A stretch of 64,000 bases of DNA from the human T2T-CHM13v2.0 reference genome, Homo sapiens, in assembly GCF_009914755.1 (NCBI RefSeq), contig NC_060938.1, one strand, 5' to 3'. Position numbers and translations under genes: made by a program. The notes beneath the pieces were generated by a model. The model did no database searches, was not told where the DNA came from, and worked only from the letters and a program-made list of their open reading frames with translations. Below are positions 14,525-28,710 of this stretch, in pieces; position 1 is the stretch's first letter, and each line of letters begins with the position of its first letter.

Positions 14525-16477
14525 TTTGCAGATGACATGATCCCATATCTAGAAAACCCCATCATCTCAGCCCAAAAGCTTCTTAAGCTGACAAGCAAAT
14601 TCAACAAAGTCTCAGGATACAAAATCATTGTGCAAAAATCACAAGTATTCCTATATACCGACAATAGACAAGCAGAGAGCCAAATCATGAATGAACTCCC
14701 ATTCACAATTGCTACAAAGTGAATAAAATACCTAAGAATACAGATAACAAGGGAAGTAAAGGACCTCTTCAAGGAGAACTACCTACCACCACTCAAAGAA
14801 ATCAGAGAGGACACAAATGGAGAACTATTTCATGCTCATGAGCAGAAAGAATCAATATCACAAAAATGGCCATACTGCCCAAAGTAATTTATAGATTTAT
14901 TGCTATTCCCATTAAAGTACCATTGACATTCTTCACAGAATTAGAAAAAACTATCTTAAAATTTATATGGAACCAAAAATGAGCCCATATAGCCAAGACA
15001 ATCCTAAGCAAAAAGAACAAAGCTGGAGGCATCATGCTACCTGACTTTAAACTATACTACAATGCTACAGTAACCAAAACAGCATGGTACTGGTACAAAA
15101 ACAGACAAATAGACCAATAGAACAGAATAGAGAACTCAGAATTAAGGCTGCACACCTACAACCATCTGATCTACAAAAAGCTCACAAAAGCAAGCAATGG
15201 GGAAAGGACATCCTATGTAATAAATGATGCTGGAAGAGCTGGCTGGCCATATGCAGAAAATTGAAACTGGACCCCTTCCTTACACCTTATATAAAAATTA
15301 CCTCAAGATGGATTAAAGACTTAAATGTAAAATCTAAAACTATAAAAACCCTAGAAGAAAACCTAGGCAATACCATTCAGGACATAGGCATGGGCAAAGA
15401 TTTCATGATGAAAATGCCAAAAGCAATTGCAACAAAAGCAAAAATCAACAAATGGGATATAATTAAACTAAAGAGCTACATAGCAAAAGAAACTATCATC
15501 AGAGTAAACAGACAACCTAAAGAATGGGAGAAAATATTTGCAATATACCCATTTCACAAAGGTCTAATATCCAGAGTCTACAAGAGAAATTTAAACAAAT
15601 TTAAAAGAAAAAAAAAACTAGTAAGAAGTGGGTGAAGGACATGAACAGACACTTCTCAAAAGAAGACATACATGTGGCCAGCAAACATGTGAAAAAAAAG
15701 CTGAACATCACTAATTATTAAAGAAATGCAAATCAAAACCACAATGAGATACCATCTCACACCAGTGAGAATGGCAATTATTAAAAAGTTAAGAAACAAA
15801 AGATTCTGGTGAGGCTGTGGAGAAATAAGAACTCTTTTACACTATTGGCAGGAATGTAAATTAGTTCAACCATTGAGGAAGACAGTGTGGTAATTCCTCA
15901 AAGACCTAGAATCAGAAATACCATTTGACCCAGCAATCCCATTACTGGGTATATACCCAGAGGAATAGAAATCATTATATTATAAAGATATATGCACACG
16001 TATGTTCATTGCAGCACTATTCACAATAGCAAAGACATGGAATCAACCCAAATGCCCATCAATAATAGACTGGATAAAGAAAATGTGGTATATATTTACC
16101 ATGGAATCCTATGCAGCCATAAAAAAGAACAAGACCATGTCATTTGCATGGACATGGATGGAGCTGGAAGCCATTATCCTCAGCAAACAAACGCAGGAAC
16201 AGGAAAACGAATATTGCATGTTGTCAGTTATAAGTGGAAGCTGAATGATGAGAACAGGGAGGGGAACAACACACACTAGGACCTTTCACGGGAGCTGGGG
16301 GAGGGAGAGCATCAGGAAACATAGCTATGCATGCTGGGCTCAATACCTAGGAGATAAGTTGACAAGTACAGCAAACCACCATGGCACATGTTTACCTGTG
16401 TCTTATGTAACAAACTTGCACATCCTGCACATGTATCCTGGAACTTAAAATAATATTAAATTATTTTTTTAAAAAAA
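14525..16477 (+). mobile_element. 5'-truncated primate L1PA (older subfamily): ORF2 3' half with stops/frameshifts plus 3' UTR
   Basis: ORF fragments [43 protein letters not shown] and MFIAALFTIAKTWNQPKCPS match L1 ORF2p; 3' end CTGGAACTTAAAATAA. Confidence 0.97.
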
Positions 16478-17084
16478 GGACTAATTTTTCTCTGAAGGAA
16501 TTTATTTTCTATTCTCATTAAATATTTCTCCAATACCTATAAAGATGGAAGGCAAGAGGACATAGAATTTTGCAGCAAGTACTGACCCGTTGTCCACTGA
16601 CAACCACTGAGAGAAAATTAAGAGTTATATATGAAATCTCCACAGTGAGGCACAATAGAAGCCAATACTTTGGTGATTTTTTTGTTAACAACCTTGTTTA
16701 ATATACAATTATAAGGCAATACTTCCCTTCACTCCTTATTTTTCAAAAAAAAAAAAAACAGTAAATAAGTAACTTGTTAAACAAGAACTTGGACATGCTA
16801 TTTTTCTAAATGCATGAACAATTTCCATAAAGCATGAACCTCAGCTGAAGACATTACCAAGATTTCAGCTAATAACCTGCATCTACATTTGTTTTGGTCA
16901 TGAAGGAGCCCTAGGATGAATCCCAAATTCTAATTGTCTCTTCTTCTAAGTTTCTTCTCATATAATTTCCATTAAAGGGACCTGCAGATGTAATTACTGA
17001 GTAAGGCAAAAATTAATATAGCTGCTCACCAACAAGCATGCACTTTGCAATAAGCTCCAGTTGAGATCACAGGAACCCATGAGA

Positions 17085-17270
17085 TCAGTGGTCCTCAACT
17101 TCAGATGCACGTTTGAATCTTGGGAGAGCTTTATTTAAACAAAAAAACCACACCCATGCCCCAGATCCAATGCCAGAGATCTCCATTTGATTGGTCTGGG
17201 AAAGCGATGAGGATCTTTTTTAAAGCTCCACATGATGAAAATGTTCTCTCAGGACTGAAACCACCACATC
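17085..17270. mobile_element. MER5-type hAT-Charlie MITE
   Basis: CAGTGGTCCTCAACTT ... TGAAACCAC termini. Confidence 0.6.
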
Positions 17271-20179
17271 AGAAAAAGCTATGAGCATAGTCAGCATTGC
17301 AAGGAATTCTAACACTAACAGAAAGAGAGTATTATAAATAATAATAATTGGTAATTCAATAGACACACTGGGCCAAATTCTCATGTGATAGAAAAATTCA
17401 GGGTGGGAATTTAAAAATTCAGGCAATGGGTATATTTTAATTTTAAAAAGATGAAAAGATCACTTTTCTATGGTAGTAGAATTTCTTCACACACATCTCT
17501 CCAGAATCCTTTCAAATTAATTTGCTTTTTAAATTTAATGTAAACAGCCTGTGCTCTCTGCCAAATTCTTAAATATGTGCAAGAAGTCCATTGTGTCACA
17601 GAATGTCACCAACACCACTCCTGGTCTCAGTGGCCAGCTCATTCCACACGTGGCTGGTGATCCAGGATAGGAGTTGGACTGTTCTTTCAGAAAACAGCAA
17701 ACTCTGGGCAACCCGAGGTCTGCCATGGGGTGAAGGATTCAGCAATTCTGCCTTAGAAATAAAGGTGAGCAGAGCTCCACAAGGGTATTTTGAAAATGGA
17801 ATAATATTATGCAACAACAATAATAATTTCTCCATAGCCCAAGCTCACCCACGGGACACTTTTTAGCCATGTTACACAACTCATTGCTTTTAAACAGCCA
17901 TGCTCACTATGCCTCCTTTTAAATGCCCTTGGAGTTAGATTTCTGGGCATTCACTATGCACATGCTTATTAGGTTCTGCAATAGGTACAAAATATAATAT
18001 TTGGGCCTGCCTTTAATTGCAGTTTTATTGAATCAGGGATGTTCACACAAAGGTTCTGACATCCAAGCACCAAATGAGCTACACAGACAAATGATGTTAG
18101 AGGCATTCAGAACAGGACCACCAGGGGCAGAAGTCATTAAATGAAAATTAAACCAGATCTTGAAATGTAGTTAGGATTTCAGTAGAAGAAGATAACCAGG
18201 CAGCTGGGATCACTGTGAGCAGAAGCGCTCTGGCAGGAGAGAGAATGCCTATAGGTCTGGGTCGTGGGGGAAGGGAACTATGCAGAGATGTAGTTCAAAG
18301 CTGGAGCAGCTCCCTGTGGAAGTGACTCTCAAACAGGTGCCCTGCTGTCATACTTTATTAATGAGAAAAACATAGTTTGCTACCACTGAGGAAAGCTATT
18401 GTTCCCTCAGTGACAGAATACAAGCTGAAAGAGTTGTACAAAGCAGGTCTAAAACGCTGTGACCAAGAGGGCAGGCCAAGTCTGCAGGAAAGATGGTGTC
18501 ACTCTGGAACCTGAAAGGATGCTTCCTCTGAAGTACACAGGAGAGCACAGCCCTGGCACCAGGCTCAACCTGTGTCACAATGCCGAAGAAAGGCCAAGAA
18601 GAATGAAGGTGCCAAGCTGTGGCTCCTTTCCTGGGTGCTGTGAGACCAATCGCTACTGCAACAGGGGTTGTGGGTAGTGATCACTGGCTGGTTGTGTGTG
18701 ATTCTGAGTCTTTTAATCCCTTCAGGCATGCAGATAAAAATTCCAATATTTCAAAGAAGGCCGTGAATATAAAAAAGAAAAAATTTGAGAATCTCCAGAT
18801 AGGGGAGTTGAATTGTATTTTATAAGCAATGGGAAATCACTCATGGTTTTTTAACAGGAGAGTGACTTTATGGAAAAAACACAGCAGGAAGAATAATCTT
18901 GCAGTTAAATGCAAATTGGAATGAAAAGAGAAGAGAGTGTATAAGCAAGAATAAAACTTATTTCCATTCCTCTACAGTTTTAATTTTGAAGAGTAGAAAA
19001 AAGTATATAATTTTTAACTTTACAAAAATATTCCAATACATTGTCTGCTACCTACAAAAAAAAAGTAATGGAAGTAAAATCTAGAAATACTACTCCAAAA
19101 GAAAGTGTTTATGTAGCATTATTTCCTCTTCACATATGTTGCCTTTTTTTCAGCTTTGTAACATTTCAACTGTGTGGTTTTGGTCAAATTGATCAATCTC
19201 TGTAATCCTTGGTTTCGTGATCTGTAAAACGGAGAAAATGTGGTGTAATGCCACCTCATTGAGTCACTGTGAGGATTAAATGAAATAATGTATGTTAACT
19301 ACCACTTCCTTTATAATATCCGAGGAGATTTTTATTTGGATCTCCCTAGCTTCGGACAAGAGAAATACTTCTTACAGTCTAAGAGTAACTTAGAATATGC
19401 CCCAAATATGAAGTTACAACCCAATTTTATGTTATGCTATGGAAATCCTAAAAGATATTTCTTAGAAAACCTGAAGTCTAGCATGAGAAAGATTGAAAAT
19501 TTAAAGAGCAAAGTGATTGGAAACTCACTTATGAAGCCTATAACTTAAAATCTCATAATTAAATGAGCCAATATGGTTCTGGATGGCTCTGCTCAGATCT
19601 CAGTTTCAGACCACCTACCTTCAATGGGAAAATGGTATATGCCTGATATATTCTGTAAAATACCAACTTTATCTATGAGGAGGGAAGCTGTCACTGGTTA
19701 CAAAAACAGACCATGGCTGGAGGTGTTGCAAGACAAAGAATCACACACTCTTTTTACACTTTCTCTGTGACCCCAAAATCAAAAACCCAGAGCCAATTTA
19801 TCAGAAATTCACCCTAACTGAACACAGTGCCCATTTCTGCACAGACTACCTGTGGAGCAAGTTCAACAGCACTTGTATAGAGAACACCAGCACTTATTTG
19901 AAGCACTGGGGGTGCAAAAATGAAATAGAATGCATCCCTGCTCTTGAATGCTGGTGGGACATGGTATGCATGCTCTGTCAGAATTTATCATCTTCTCTCT
20001 CAACTCTGATTTCTTCACTGTGTTCCCATTTCTGTTTCTACACCATTACTCTGCACCAATCACTCAGGCCAGCAGAGCAGGGAGGTGATTTTCGATTCCT
20101 CCCATTCCTTTCCTGACTTCTTACAGATGCCAAGTTCTACCATTCTCCTTCCACAGTATCTCTAATATCTTTCTCTCCC

Positions 20180-20365
20180 TGCCATGTGAGAATATAGTGA
20201 GAAGGCAGCCTCTGCAAGCCGGAAAGAGGGCCCTCACTAGACACAGAGTTTGTTGGCACCTTGATCTTAGACTTCCCAGCCTCCAGAACTGTGAGAAATA
20301 AATGTCAATGTTTAAGCCACAGAATCTTTGGTATTTTGTGATAGCAGCCCAAGCTGACCAAGACA
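20180..20365 (+). mobile_element. MLT1 (MaLR) LTR 3' part
   Basis: GACTTCCCAGCCTCCAGAACTGTGAGAAATAAATG..ATAGCAGCCCAAGCTGACCAAGACA. Confidence 0.85.
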
Positions 20366-21344
20366 GTGATAGACGCAGGCATACAGCATAGCCTCCCAGG
20401 ACAGAGGAGGGTGGAGAAGGGCCAAGCGTGAATCTGGAGGGACAAACTAAAGCCACCCAGTACAGACAGCTCTTAAGAGATAAGCAGAATTTGCAGTACA
20501 GCAGCAATCTATGTTTCACAAACTGCCACAGTAAATAATCTATCCTGTGTTATTGTTTTCTGTGGAATTCTCAAGCAGCAAGAGGGAATATTACCATGTA
20601 ATCATTTCCCTTTATTTCAGTAATTTAAAGAGTGAAAACCTTGGAGCTTTTTTCTCCTTGAGAGACCAGAGCATATTTGTGGGTCCAATAACACCTTTGC
20701 AAAACAGAAGAAACATTAACTTTATCTTTATATTATCCAGGCAGAAGAATGCATTCTAATAAGCAATGAAGTGAAAAACCCTACTGTGATTGAATTTATT
20801 TTTCCATAGAAATGCAGGAAATAGTCATGAATGTTTTACTAAAATGCTTCCTAATCATAAGTGTATATCCGTGTCTTCACAAGTCATGTTTTTGAGCACT
20901 GCAACTCTCCAAGCCAGCAAAGAACTCTGTAAAATTGTCTTTAATCCCTCACAAATGACTCAGGAGTCCCACTGAGGCTTTATCACGTATTATTTAATAA
21001 ATTCATGAATCTACAAACCAGAAGATGTGGAAAAACCATAGCAACCAGGAGCAAGATTGGAGAAGTTGGCCAGGGTTGAAGGACGCTAGGAGGCACATAC
21101 AGCCTTCCTGAGCTCTGAAGCCCCTCCCTCCCGGCCCACCCCACATCACTTGACGTTGCCTTAGCCACACCTCTGCCTTCCGCAGACTCAGTACAGGAAC
21201 TTGCAGCAGAATGGGCTTCAAGAGTTTAACTGCTCTAGTCACCTGCCTTCAGATAAATTATTAACACTTTATACATGAGGAAAATAAGACCCTAAGACTT
21301 TAAGTAGCTTGTCCAAAGTCACAGATTAATACATAGAAGAAGAA

Positions 21345-21575
21345 TATGTAGGATGAACAAGCCTAGAATCTCATGTATGACATGAGGACTATAGTTAAGA
21401 AAATTATATTGTATTTTTGTTAATAAATAAATTTTAGCTTTTCTTGTTACAAAAAGAAGTAACTATGTGAGATGATAGACATGTTAATTTGCTTTATGAC
21501 AGGACTATTTTACTATCTATATGTATCCCATAACATTGTGTTGTAAACCTCAAATATATACAATACAATTTATTA
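21345..21575 (+). mobile_element. L1MA 3' end
   Basis: GACTATAGTTA..GTAACTATGTGAGATGATAGACATGTTAATTTGC..AAATATATACAAT. Confidence 0.75.
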
Positions 21576-22289
21576 GAAACAATAAACAGAGAATGATAAC
21601 TAAAGTCCTGATCTTCCTAGCACAATACTTTTACCAACTCCAATTTTTGCATGTTCTGGCTCTACAAATGAGATGAGGGAAAAGAGAACACAAATTCCCT
21701 ATACATTTCTGATGCAGTAAACATAGCAATTGAAAATAGAATGCTGGAACTGTAATTCATGTGTAAAATTACACTCACTGATAAAAAATTTTTTCACATT
21801 ACAGTAAATTTGCCCTTGAGAAAACGTGGTGAAATATTTCAGGTATTATTTTCTGTCAGCCTAGCCAACACGACCCAGGGTACTTTTATTCTTTCCAAGT
21901 CCTCATAATTGCTAGAGAATTTGTTCATTTCTTTAATGATAAATATTGTAGGAACACGAGAGCAGGTGTCCCTGAAATAACATTAATTAGGCAAACTAAA
22001 ATCACATATGCATAAAGAACAAGAACAAAAGTTCTCTATTTAGAGCTAGTAAAAGCATGACTGGTATAAAGCTTACTGTCACGTTGTTGTCATTGTCACC
22101 ATCATCATCCTTGTTATCATCTAATCGCAAGGCAATCTCACTAAAGACAGACAGAATTCTCATATTCTTTCACGGTCCCTAATGAGATTACCTTAACCCT
22201 ATCCCTAGCTCTGCACATCCTGTGACATTAAATGATGCTTGTAAAGGACCATCTCTGCTAGATAATTTTGGTATTTTCATTCTTTTCTG

Positions 22290-22535
22290 AAAATCAGTAC
22301 AGATTACCCAGGCTTTGCACCCCCAGAGGATCTGAGTCAGTGTTTTGGGATAGAGCCCAGCCATCGGTATGTTGTAAAAGCTCCCCAGGTGATTCTGATG
22401 AATCAAAACACAGAAGACTGGGCTCTGTCCCAGAATGACTGACTCAGAATCTCTGGGGCTCAAGGCCTGGGAGACATTCACTTCAAAAAACCTCCCCTGG
22501 GTGACTCAGATGCATATCAGAGAGTGAGAAATGCT
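22290..22535. mobile_element. MER5A-type fragments
   Basis: AAGCTCCCCAGGTGATTCTGATG and GACTCAGAATCTCTGGGG motifs. Confidence 0.65.
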
Positions 22536-23678
22536 CTCCTCAATTGACAGGCATAAATCTATCCACAACATCAGGAGGATACACCGGAGTTACAACCAAT
22601 ATCAAATGAATATTTGAATACAGACTCCAGCCATGGCCATAGCTAATCTCCCGTTGGCTTTCCAATTTGGATAAATGCTAAATTTGCTCATTAGGGTAGC
22701 TGTTGGCATATTTAAATATACCATGGAGACTGCAACTTTAGTGCATCTCTTGCATTTTCATATATTCACAAATCACCTTTATGAAGACTAGCTTCACAGA
22801 AAATAATTTTTTAAATGCACGTTAACAAGAACAGAAACCAAGCAACAGCCTCAATTTGAGAAAATGTTTAATTTTACCATAGGAATCTTTTTGTTCCCTC
22901 TCTTCACATGTTAAAATAAATCTGAGGCTATTTACAAAACCTTGTGCTGAATTAAGTGAAACACAAATGAAACAACCCTCATTATTAAAAGTCTATAAAT
23001 TAAAATAATAACAAAGGCTGACCCCAAACTCCACCTAAGATGAGAGCAACCCGACATTTCAAGAAGAAACACTTTCCCAGAGAACAAGTCATGAAGCATG
23101 ACATCTTAAAACTCCAGAGTACAAAATGTCAACACCAAAAGGACTGAGTTGGTAAAAATTGAGAAAGAGTGGGTACTGAGAAGTAAAATCTGTTTCAAAC
23201 AAAACTAACTCCTGCAAGATTTTGCACTTCACTGAATAACTACAGCACATTGGTGTGTTCATTTTTTTCTTTTTTCTCTACAGATTCATTCCTTCTACTT
23301 TGTACAAGCCCTAACAGTAAGCTATAAAAATGTCATAAATTATTACAGTGCAAATAGTGTAAAATCTTATGCTCACAAGGAGGTCCAAAGTGGTAATCAT
23401 GCATTCCTTAGTTTGAAATACAAAGAAAAACATGCTTTTTGCTTACAAAGTAAAATGATGACAATTGCAAAACATCTCAGTAGAACTGGTACCTAATTTC
23501 TGTTGCCAGTGAAGGGAGGGGAGATATTAGGACAGGTGTTAGAAAGGACAATGGTATAACTAAACCGTCATTCACTTAATGGAAGTCCCAGTATGATGAA
23601 AGAACAATGTTATTTTTAGATCAAATCCTTCCTATCCAGCATGTCAGTATAAAAATTGCTTCTCAGAGAACCAAAATA

Positions 23679-24082
<404 letters not shown>

Positions 24083-25222
24083 TCACTGTGCCCATGGGGC
24101 AACCCGTGCTTGAAGAAAAGGGCCCCTCCCATCTCCTTCAGATCCTGTAATCATATTGTTCCTCCTCACCAGACACCAACTCATTTGGAAGGATACAGAG
24201 TCCAAGTAGGTCCTATAGTATGTCTCCAGTGAGTCCTTGCAGTTCACAAGCTGTGGTGAAGCCACATTAATACAGCTACTTCTCAACAATTGGAAGTCAG
24301 ATAAAACAGTGGATGGGAAATATAATCAGAAGTCAGTCATAATGGAAAAATTTGCATAAATCAACAGTTTCTAACTCTCCCAACCCCCAAGACTTTCTCA
24401 ACACTCCTAAAAAGCAACAAATGACTGATTTGCTTTTCACATCCTCTCCCTTCTTTTGCTCTTTCTCATTGTCAGCAGAACAATACGCAAAATGTGACTG
24501 ACAAGAAAGAGAAAGAGGAGCAAAAGGACTCTATAACATTTCTGTCATGTAATTACTGAGGACTCAAGAGTTGGCTGGAGAGGAATGACCCCTGCCCAGT
24601 TTCTGCTGCTAGTAATAATTTGGAGTCCTGGAGGACAGGCCAAACTCAACATGCCTAAAATTTAATTTAGCACTGATCACCCACGAACACCTCTCTCCTT
24701 CCAGCCTCGCTAGTCTGTCAAAGTTGCCATGTTAAAACCTAAGTGTTACCCTTGGCTCCTTCTTATTCTGGCATCAAGCCATGTCTAGTCTCCAAATGAT
24801 TTCAGCTCTTTCAGAGTTCTCAGAATGTTCCTTTCTTTTAATTTCCATTGTTTGGGCTGAGAGTTAAAGAATGCAGGAATTTTCTAAACAACACATTTGG
24901 GAAACATTCCAAGAAACAGAACCATCTGCATCAAGATGCAGGTTGTGAGAGGATGGCACACTAGGAACTACCGGTGACCTGGTATTATTGCAATCCAAAG
25001 TGGCAAGAAAGGAGGTGAGAAAGGCCTGTAGCAGGAAGGACCTTTGATTTCTCAATGAGAAGCTTGAATGTTTTCCAGCAGCCAGTGTTTTGCAGACTTC
25101 AGTAGTTTAACTAATGACTTACCTACATACCACCCATATTATTCTTATTTGCTTAATAGTTTTTCTCTGAACTCACTTATTGTTCCATATTAATCAACTT
25201 ATTTAACATTGAAATTTTATTT

Positions 25223-25530
<308 letters not shown>

Positions 25531-26343
25531 TGAAATTTTATTTTAACTCAAACATTTCCTTATGAAAACTTTGAAATATACACAATAGAGACAATAGTAT
25601 AATTAATCTACATGTACTCAGCACAGCAAATATCAGCCCATGACCAATCTTGTTTCCTTTGTACTCCCCTAAGCACCACCGCTACCTCCACCTCCATCAG
25701 CACACACACAAGCACACCCTTCCTGAATTACTTTAAGCAGATCACAGACATTATATCTTTCCATCTATATATAATTTGTATCTCTAAAGGATAATGACTA
25801 TAACGCCATCATCACACCTAAAAAAATTAATAACAATTCCTAAATATCATCTTACATCCAGAACATTAAAATTTTACATCACTGTCATATATTAAAAACT
25901 GAAATAATTTGCCACAAATTTTTAAAAGAAAATGTTATTAACATTATGGCATGATATGCTTGTAATTGGAACACTTAGCTTGAAGGCTCTTCTCCTTACT
26001 AAAAACTGAGATTAGAAAATGTTACACTGGTCTTCCACTTATACATCCTCATTGTCAGAAGGAGAAGGATTGAAAGGGAACTTAAAATGAAATAAATTTT
26101 TCACTGTGTAATTTAAAATTATTTAACACCATGTCTGAGTACCACCTAAATCTTGCATTTAACCAGGAATATCTGTCCCACACTTCAAGAGACACTGTTA
26201 CAGGGAATCATCAAAGAATTTAGGGCTTGATGGAATTCCTAATTGCGAAGAATTTTTCTAGCAGCGAAAAGAGCAGAAGGGAGGTATGATGGAGAAACGG
26301 ACAACCTGTATGTCCCACAACTTACTGAGCCACTTTCAAATTT

Positions 26344-26601
26344 CTTGAAAGTTTGTTTGGCTCAAATACTGTAGTTCTCCTAGTGCTCCAATAGGGGAGC
26401 ATACAGACTCGCATGCCTTTGACCAAGGGTAGACCTCCTCCAATTGGAAAGACCACTTGCTTTGACCAATCTCACAGCTTCTGGGATAGGGACCACACGT
26501 GCGTATAGGAGAGGAAGGGGACTTAACCTAGCCAACCCGGCTGAATAGAACCTTGCTATCAATGAGGTGACTGATGTCACATCCTGATGACCGTCACATA
26601 T
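26344..26601 (-). pseudogene. Diverged 7SK snRNA (RN7SK) retropseudogene
   Basis: The reverse complement reads ATGTGACGGTCATCAGGATGTGACATCAGTCACCTCATTGATAGC...TGGCTAGG..GTCCCCTTCCTC..GAAGCTG..GGAGGAGG..TTGGTCAAAGGCATGCGAGT..GCTCCCCT..CCAAACAAACTTTCAAG, colinear with human 7SK nt ~1-240. There is no TATA/PSE upstream. Confidence 0.85.
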
Positions 26602-28310
26602 CATACCATCATTTCTTGAACCATCACTGTCACCCAAGATACCCCCCACTTCTCCAAAGCCAATCTTCCCTAGAAAGGGGCTTTTGTGCCAGGTTCTAGA
26701 GCGTCCTTCCTCATAAGCACTCTTTTCTGTGAATAAATTACCAATTCTTCAAGAAATGCCAAAATAAGACATTTTTCAGAATACTGCTCACCTCCCCTTC
26801 CCCAATACACATACATTCAAATATCTTCCATGGCTCCCCTTTCATACAGGGAAAGCACCACATTTTTGACATGCTTTTCCGTTTTATGGTTACCATCTTT
26901 TTGCCATATCTTGTATCTACAACTTGAATATGAGTCCCGTGCTTTTACACTGATTCAGTGGTTAATCAGTTCTTCCTATAGGTAAAGTACTATGCTTAAT
27001 GCCGGTGATACTAAGATGACCAAGACAAAATTAATGTCCTTAGCAACACAGAGGCCAGTGGAGAAATAAATGAATAAACAAAGAGATACAAAGCAATGTT
27101 TCATAATAAAGGTTCTATGAGCTCAGGTGGAAAAAGAACCCACTCTTCCTGGGCAGGTTTTGGAAAAGCGAGGAGAACAGAGGTGAGGCTTCAAGAGCAA
27201 ATGGGAGATCCCCAAGAAGGCAAACAGGAAAGAAGGAGAATATATCCTACTTCTCAAAACCTAAGAATTCCCAAATCATAGCTTGTTCCCTAAACATTCT
27301 ATGTGCTCAAACTATCTTCTAGTCAGGGGCCAGCAATACGTATGTCTGAGTTTCAACAAAAACTTTGTGATCAAAAACCTGTGAAGGAAAAAGGAGTCAA
27401 AAAAATATATACAGTCAAATCATTTTTTCCCAAATCAACACATCTTTACTGAGCTTTGCTACATGAAATATAATTTAGTACTGTCTCTGCCTTTGAGGTC
27501 CAATGTTTGTTTAAATACAGTCTAGCTGAGGAGCTATATATATAAAAGCAAGGAAAGCTCAACAACAATAAGAGACATGACAGTTCAGTCTCAAAATAGG
27601 AAAAAAGATACAAGTAGCACGTGATCAAGTGCCAAATAGCCCATGATCAAGTACCAACATAAATGCAACTATAAGAACTTTTTTTTAAGAATGATCACTT
27701 TACATTGTGGGCCAGGGAGATTATAGGTGTATATAGAGAGGTAAAGAATATTTGTAAAGCAAAAGGCAGGAAAATACAGGATTATTTCAAGGATTAGTAA
27801 ATCAGTCCATATGGCTGGAATAGAGAATTCACATGAGAATGGCATGAATAAAAAATAGGTAGGGACCATATTTGAGGATGCCATATGTACATACACAAAA
27901 AAACAGTAACCACTTGTTGAGCTCATATTGCCATACCGGTACCCATATGTCATATAAATTAATTCTCAGATAAGGACACAGGGGTCTTAAGGTTAAGTCA
28001 TTTAATGTCAGTCTAGGGATACCTACATGCAAAAGACAGATGTGGCCCCTGACCTCTGGGGCTTAAAATCTAGTATCCACAGAGTAGGAAAGTGAATTAG
28101 CTGAATTCAAACTCTGGATTCCAAAGCCCAGGTTCATTATTCACCAATATTTCTCTGTTCCTGTTCAGCACCAAGATAGGTCAAATATTAGAAAACTCCA
28201 CTCCTTCTTCACTTCTTATCCTTCGGTTGCTCTTTATGTAATATTGATGGCAGTGATTCTTGACCCGGCCTGCATCAGAATCACCTGTGGAGCTTTTTAA
28301 AAATGTGCAC

Positions 28311-28710
28311 ACATATACACACTATGGAATACTATGCAGCTGTAAAAAGGAATGAGATCATGACCTTTGCAGAGACATAGATGGAGCTGGAAGCTGTTAT
28401 CCTCAGCAAACTAACACAGGAACACAAAACCAAACACTGAATGTTCTCGTTTGTAAGTAGGAGCTGTATGATGAGAACATAAGGACACATGAGGGGCAGC
28501 GGGGAGTGGGGAGGAAAAACACACACTGGGGCCTTTTCAGGGAGGCGGGGAGAGAGGGAGAGCATCAGAAAGAATAGCTAATGGGGGCTAGGCTTAATAC
28601 CTAGGTGATGGGTGGATCGGTGCAGCAAACCACCATGGCACATGTTTACCTATGTAACAAACCTGCACACCCTGCCCATGTAACCCTGAACTTTAAAAAA
28701 AAAGTTGCAG
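28311..28710 (+). mobile_element. L1PA (old) 3' end inserted into a MER5A-type element (~28250-28820)
   Basis: ATGGAATACTATGCAGC..CAAACCACCATGGCACATGTTTACC..; MER5 halves on both sides; TSD-like AAAAATGTGCAC / AAAAATGTACAT. Confidence 0.9.

Noticed and set aside
14521-16448. ORFs resembling reverse transcriptase/ORF2p, starting at the FADD motif
   Set aside because: Fragments of a 5'-truncated, frameshifted L1; the truncation point is most likely coincidental
18118-18131. CTCF-like CCACCAGGGGCAG (also CCACCAGTGGAGC near 1025)
   Set aside because: Each is one base short of the core spacing; cannot be supported without a PWM score or ChIP data
26602-26850. Possible Pol III type-3 promoter for the 7SK copy
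   Set aside because: No TATA at about -30, and no recognisable PSE or octamer on the minus strand
28164-28181. Second RE1-like TTCAGCACCAAGATAGG
   Set aside because: Left half-site only; the right half does not match GGACAG at canonical spacing
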